The translations under genes and the position numbers were made by a program. From the IMG/VR virus record IMGVR_UViG_3300049732_000141: a stretch of DNA of 64,000 bases; one strand, written 5' to 3'. This DNA is from an uncultured virus (IMG/VR IMGVR_UViG_3300049732_000141). Lineage: Duplodnaviria > Heunggongvirae > Uroviricota > Caudoviricetes. This document shows positions 63,477-64,000 of the stretch, piece by piece. The notes under the pieces were generated by a model. The model made no database searches and was not told the DNA's origin. It worked only from the letters and a program-made list of their open reading frames with translations. The first letter of the stretch is position 1. Each line of letters starts with the position of its first letter.

Positions 63477-63971
63477 TCACGGCTCTCGGCGTCGTCCGAG
63501 GATGTAGTCCGGCCGCCGGGCCGCGTTCGGCGGGCACACGCAGAGTAGCATCCACCCGCGATTCAAATCCTCCTGAAGAGAATCCGTGCAGTAATCCGTC
63601 TCCACCTTGACCTCGTTGATCGAGAGCAGACCGATGTGGGGCACCTGCACGTAGGTATTCACGACCTTGGCATCGGGCTCGGGGCCGCACATCGGGAGCA
63701 CCGTCGTGCCCTTGAGCCGCTTGATCTCGAACGTCACGCCGATGGCCAGCAGCGCCTCGCCCTCCGTCTGCAGGTCGATGTAGATCTCGGCTCCGTAGCC
63801 GGGCCACGTCCAGCCCTTCTTCAGTTCCTCCCGGGCGGGCATCTCGACATCACTCCCGGCAATCTTCGCCACGACCCGATAGGCGTGGGCCAACTCTTCG
63901 TCGGTGCCCTCGGCCGCCAGCTTCTCCAGCCGGGCTCGGCCCTCGTAAGTGAACATGACCTTGGCGATCAT
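63477..63971 (-). CDS. hypothetical protein
   Basis: GGAGG RBS; GW..L.VC....RRPDYILG. Confidence 0.65.
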   Translation of the reverse strand: MIAKVMFTYEGRARLEKLAAEGTDEELAHAYRVVAKIAGSDVEMPAREELKKGWTWPGYGAEIYIDLQTEGEALLAIGVTFEIKRLKGTTVLPMCGPEPDAKVVNTYVQVPHIGLLSINEVKVETDYCTDSLQEDLNRGWMLLCVCPPNAARRPDYILGRRREP

Positions 63972-64000
63972 TTCTGCACCTCCCACACCCCGTTCCGCTG

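Noticed and set aside
1..64000. tRNA, rRNA, integrase, transposase, reverse transcriptase, tail sheath
   Set aside because: None recognised by eye; a tRNAscan/HMM run is needed to exclude divergent copies

Overview
The window is a high-GC segment of a tailed dsDNA bacteriophage genome, siphovirus-like (tape measure, tail tube and frameshifted tail chaperone, no sheath gene seen). Almost everything is transcribed on the minus strand. In transcription order: terminase, portal, MuF, fibre-like genes, a multi-module ParB/ADP-ribosyltransferase protein, prohead protease/scaffold, tail tube, decoration and major capsid genes, neck genes with an inserted glycosylation cassette, tail and lysis genes (64-30 kb). 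A short plus-strand island with a UvrD helicase follows (27-30 kb), then a replication/nucleotide module (PolA, DnaQ, SNF2, SSB-like, MTase, Gp88, HD hydrolase, phosphoesterase, Prim-Pol/helicase; 26.8-8.6 kb), a 1.3 kb non-coding control region (7.3-8.6 kb) and many small putative early genes (7.1 kb-0). The most striking observations are: (1) eight intergenic sigma-54 (-24/-12) promoters, several with a helically phased upstream motif, and no activator seen in the window; (2) a 28-bp XerCD dif-like site beside helically phased palindrome arrays, with no integrase in the window; (3) a head-module protein whose ParB-like and two ART domains each follow an R-x-A + FDPDQPRDxxGxW tag that also occurs in the protease/scaffold, suggesting protease-released, virion-packaged effectors. 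All product calls come from motif recognition by eye, with no database searches.
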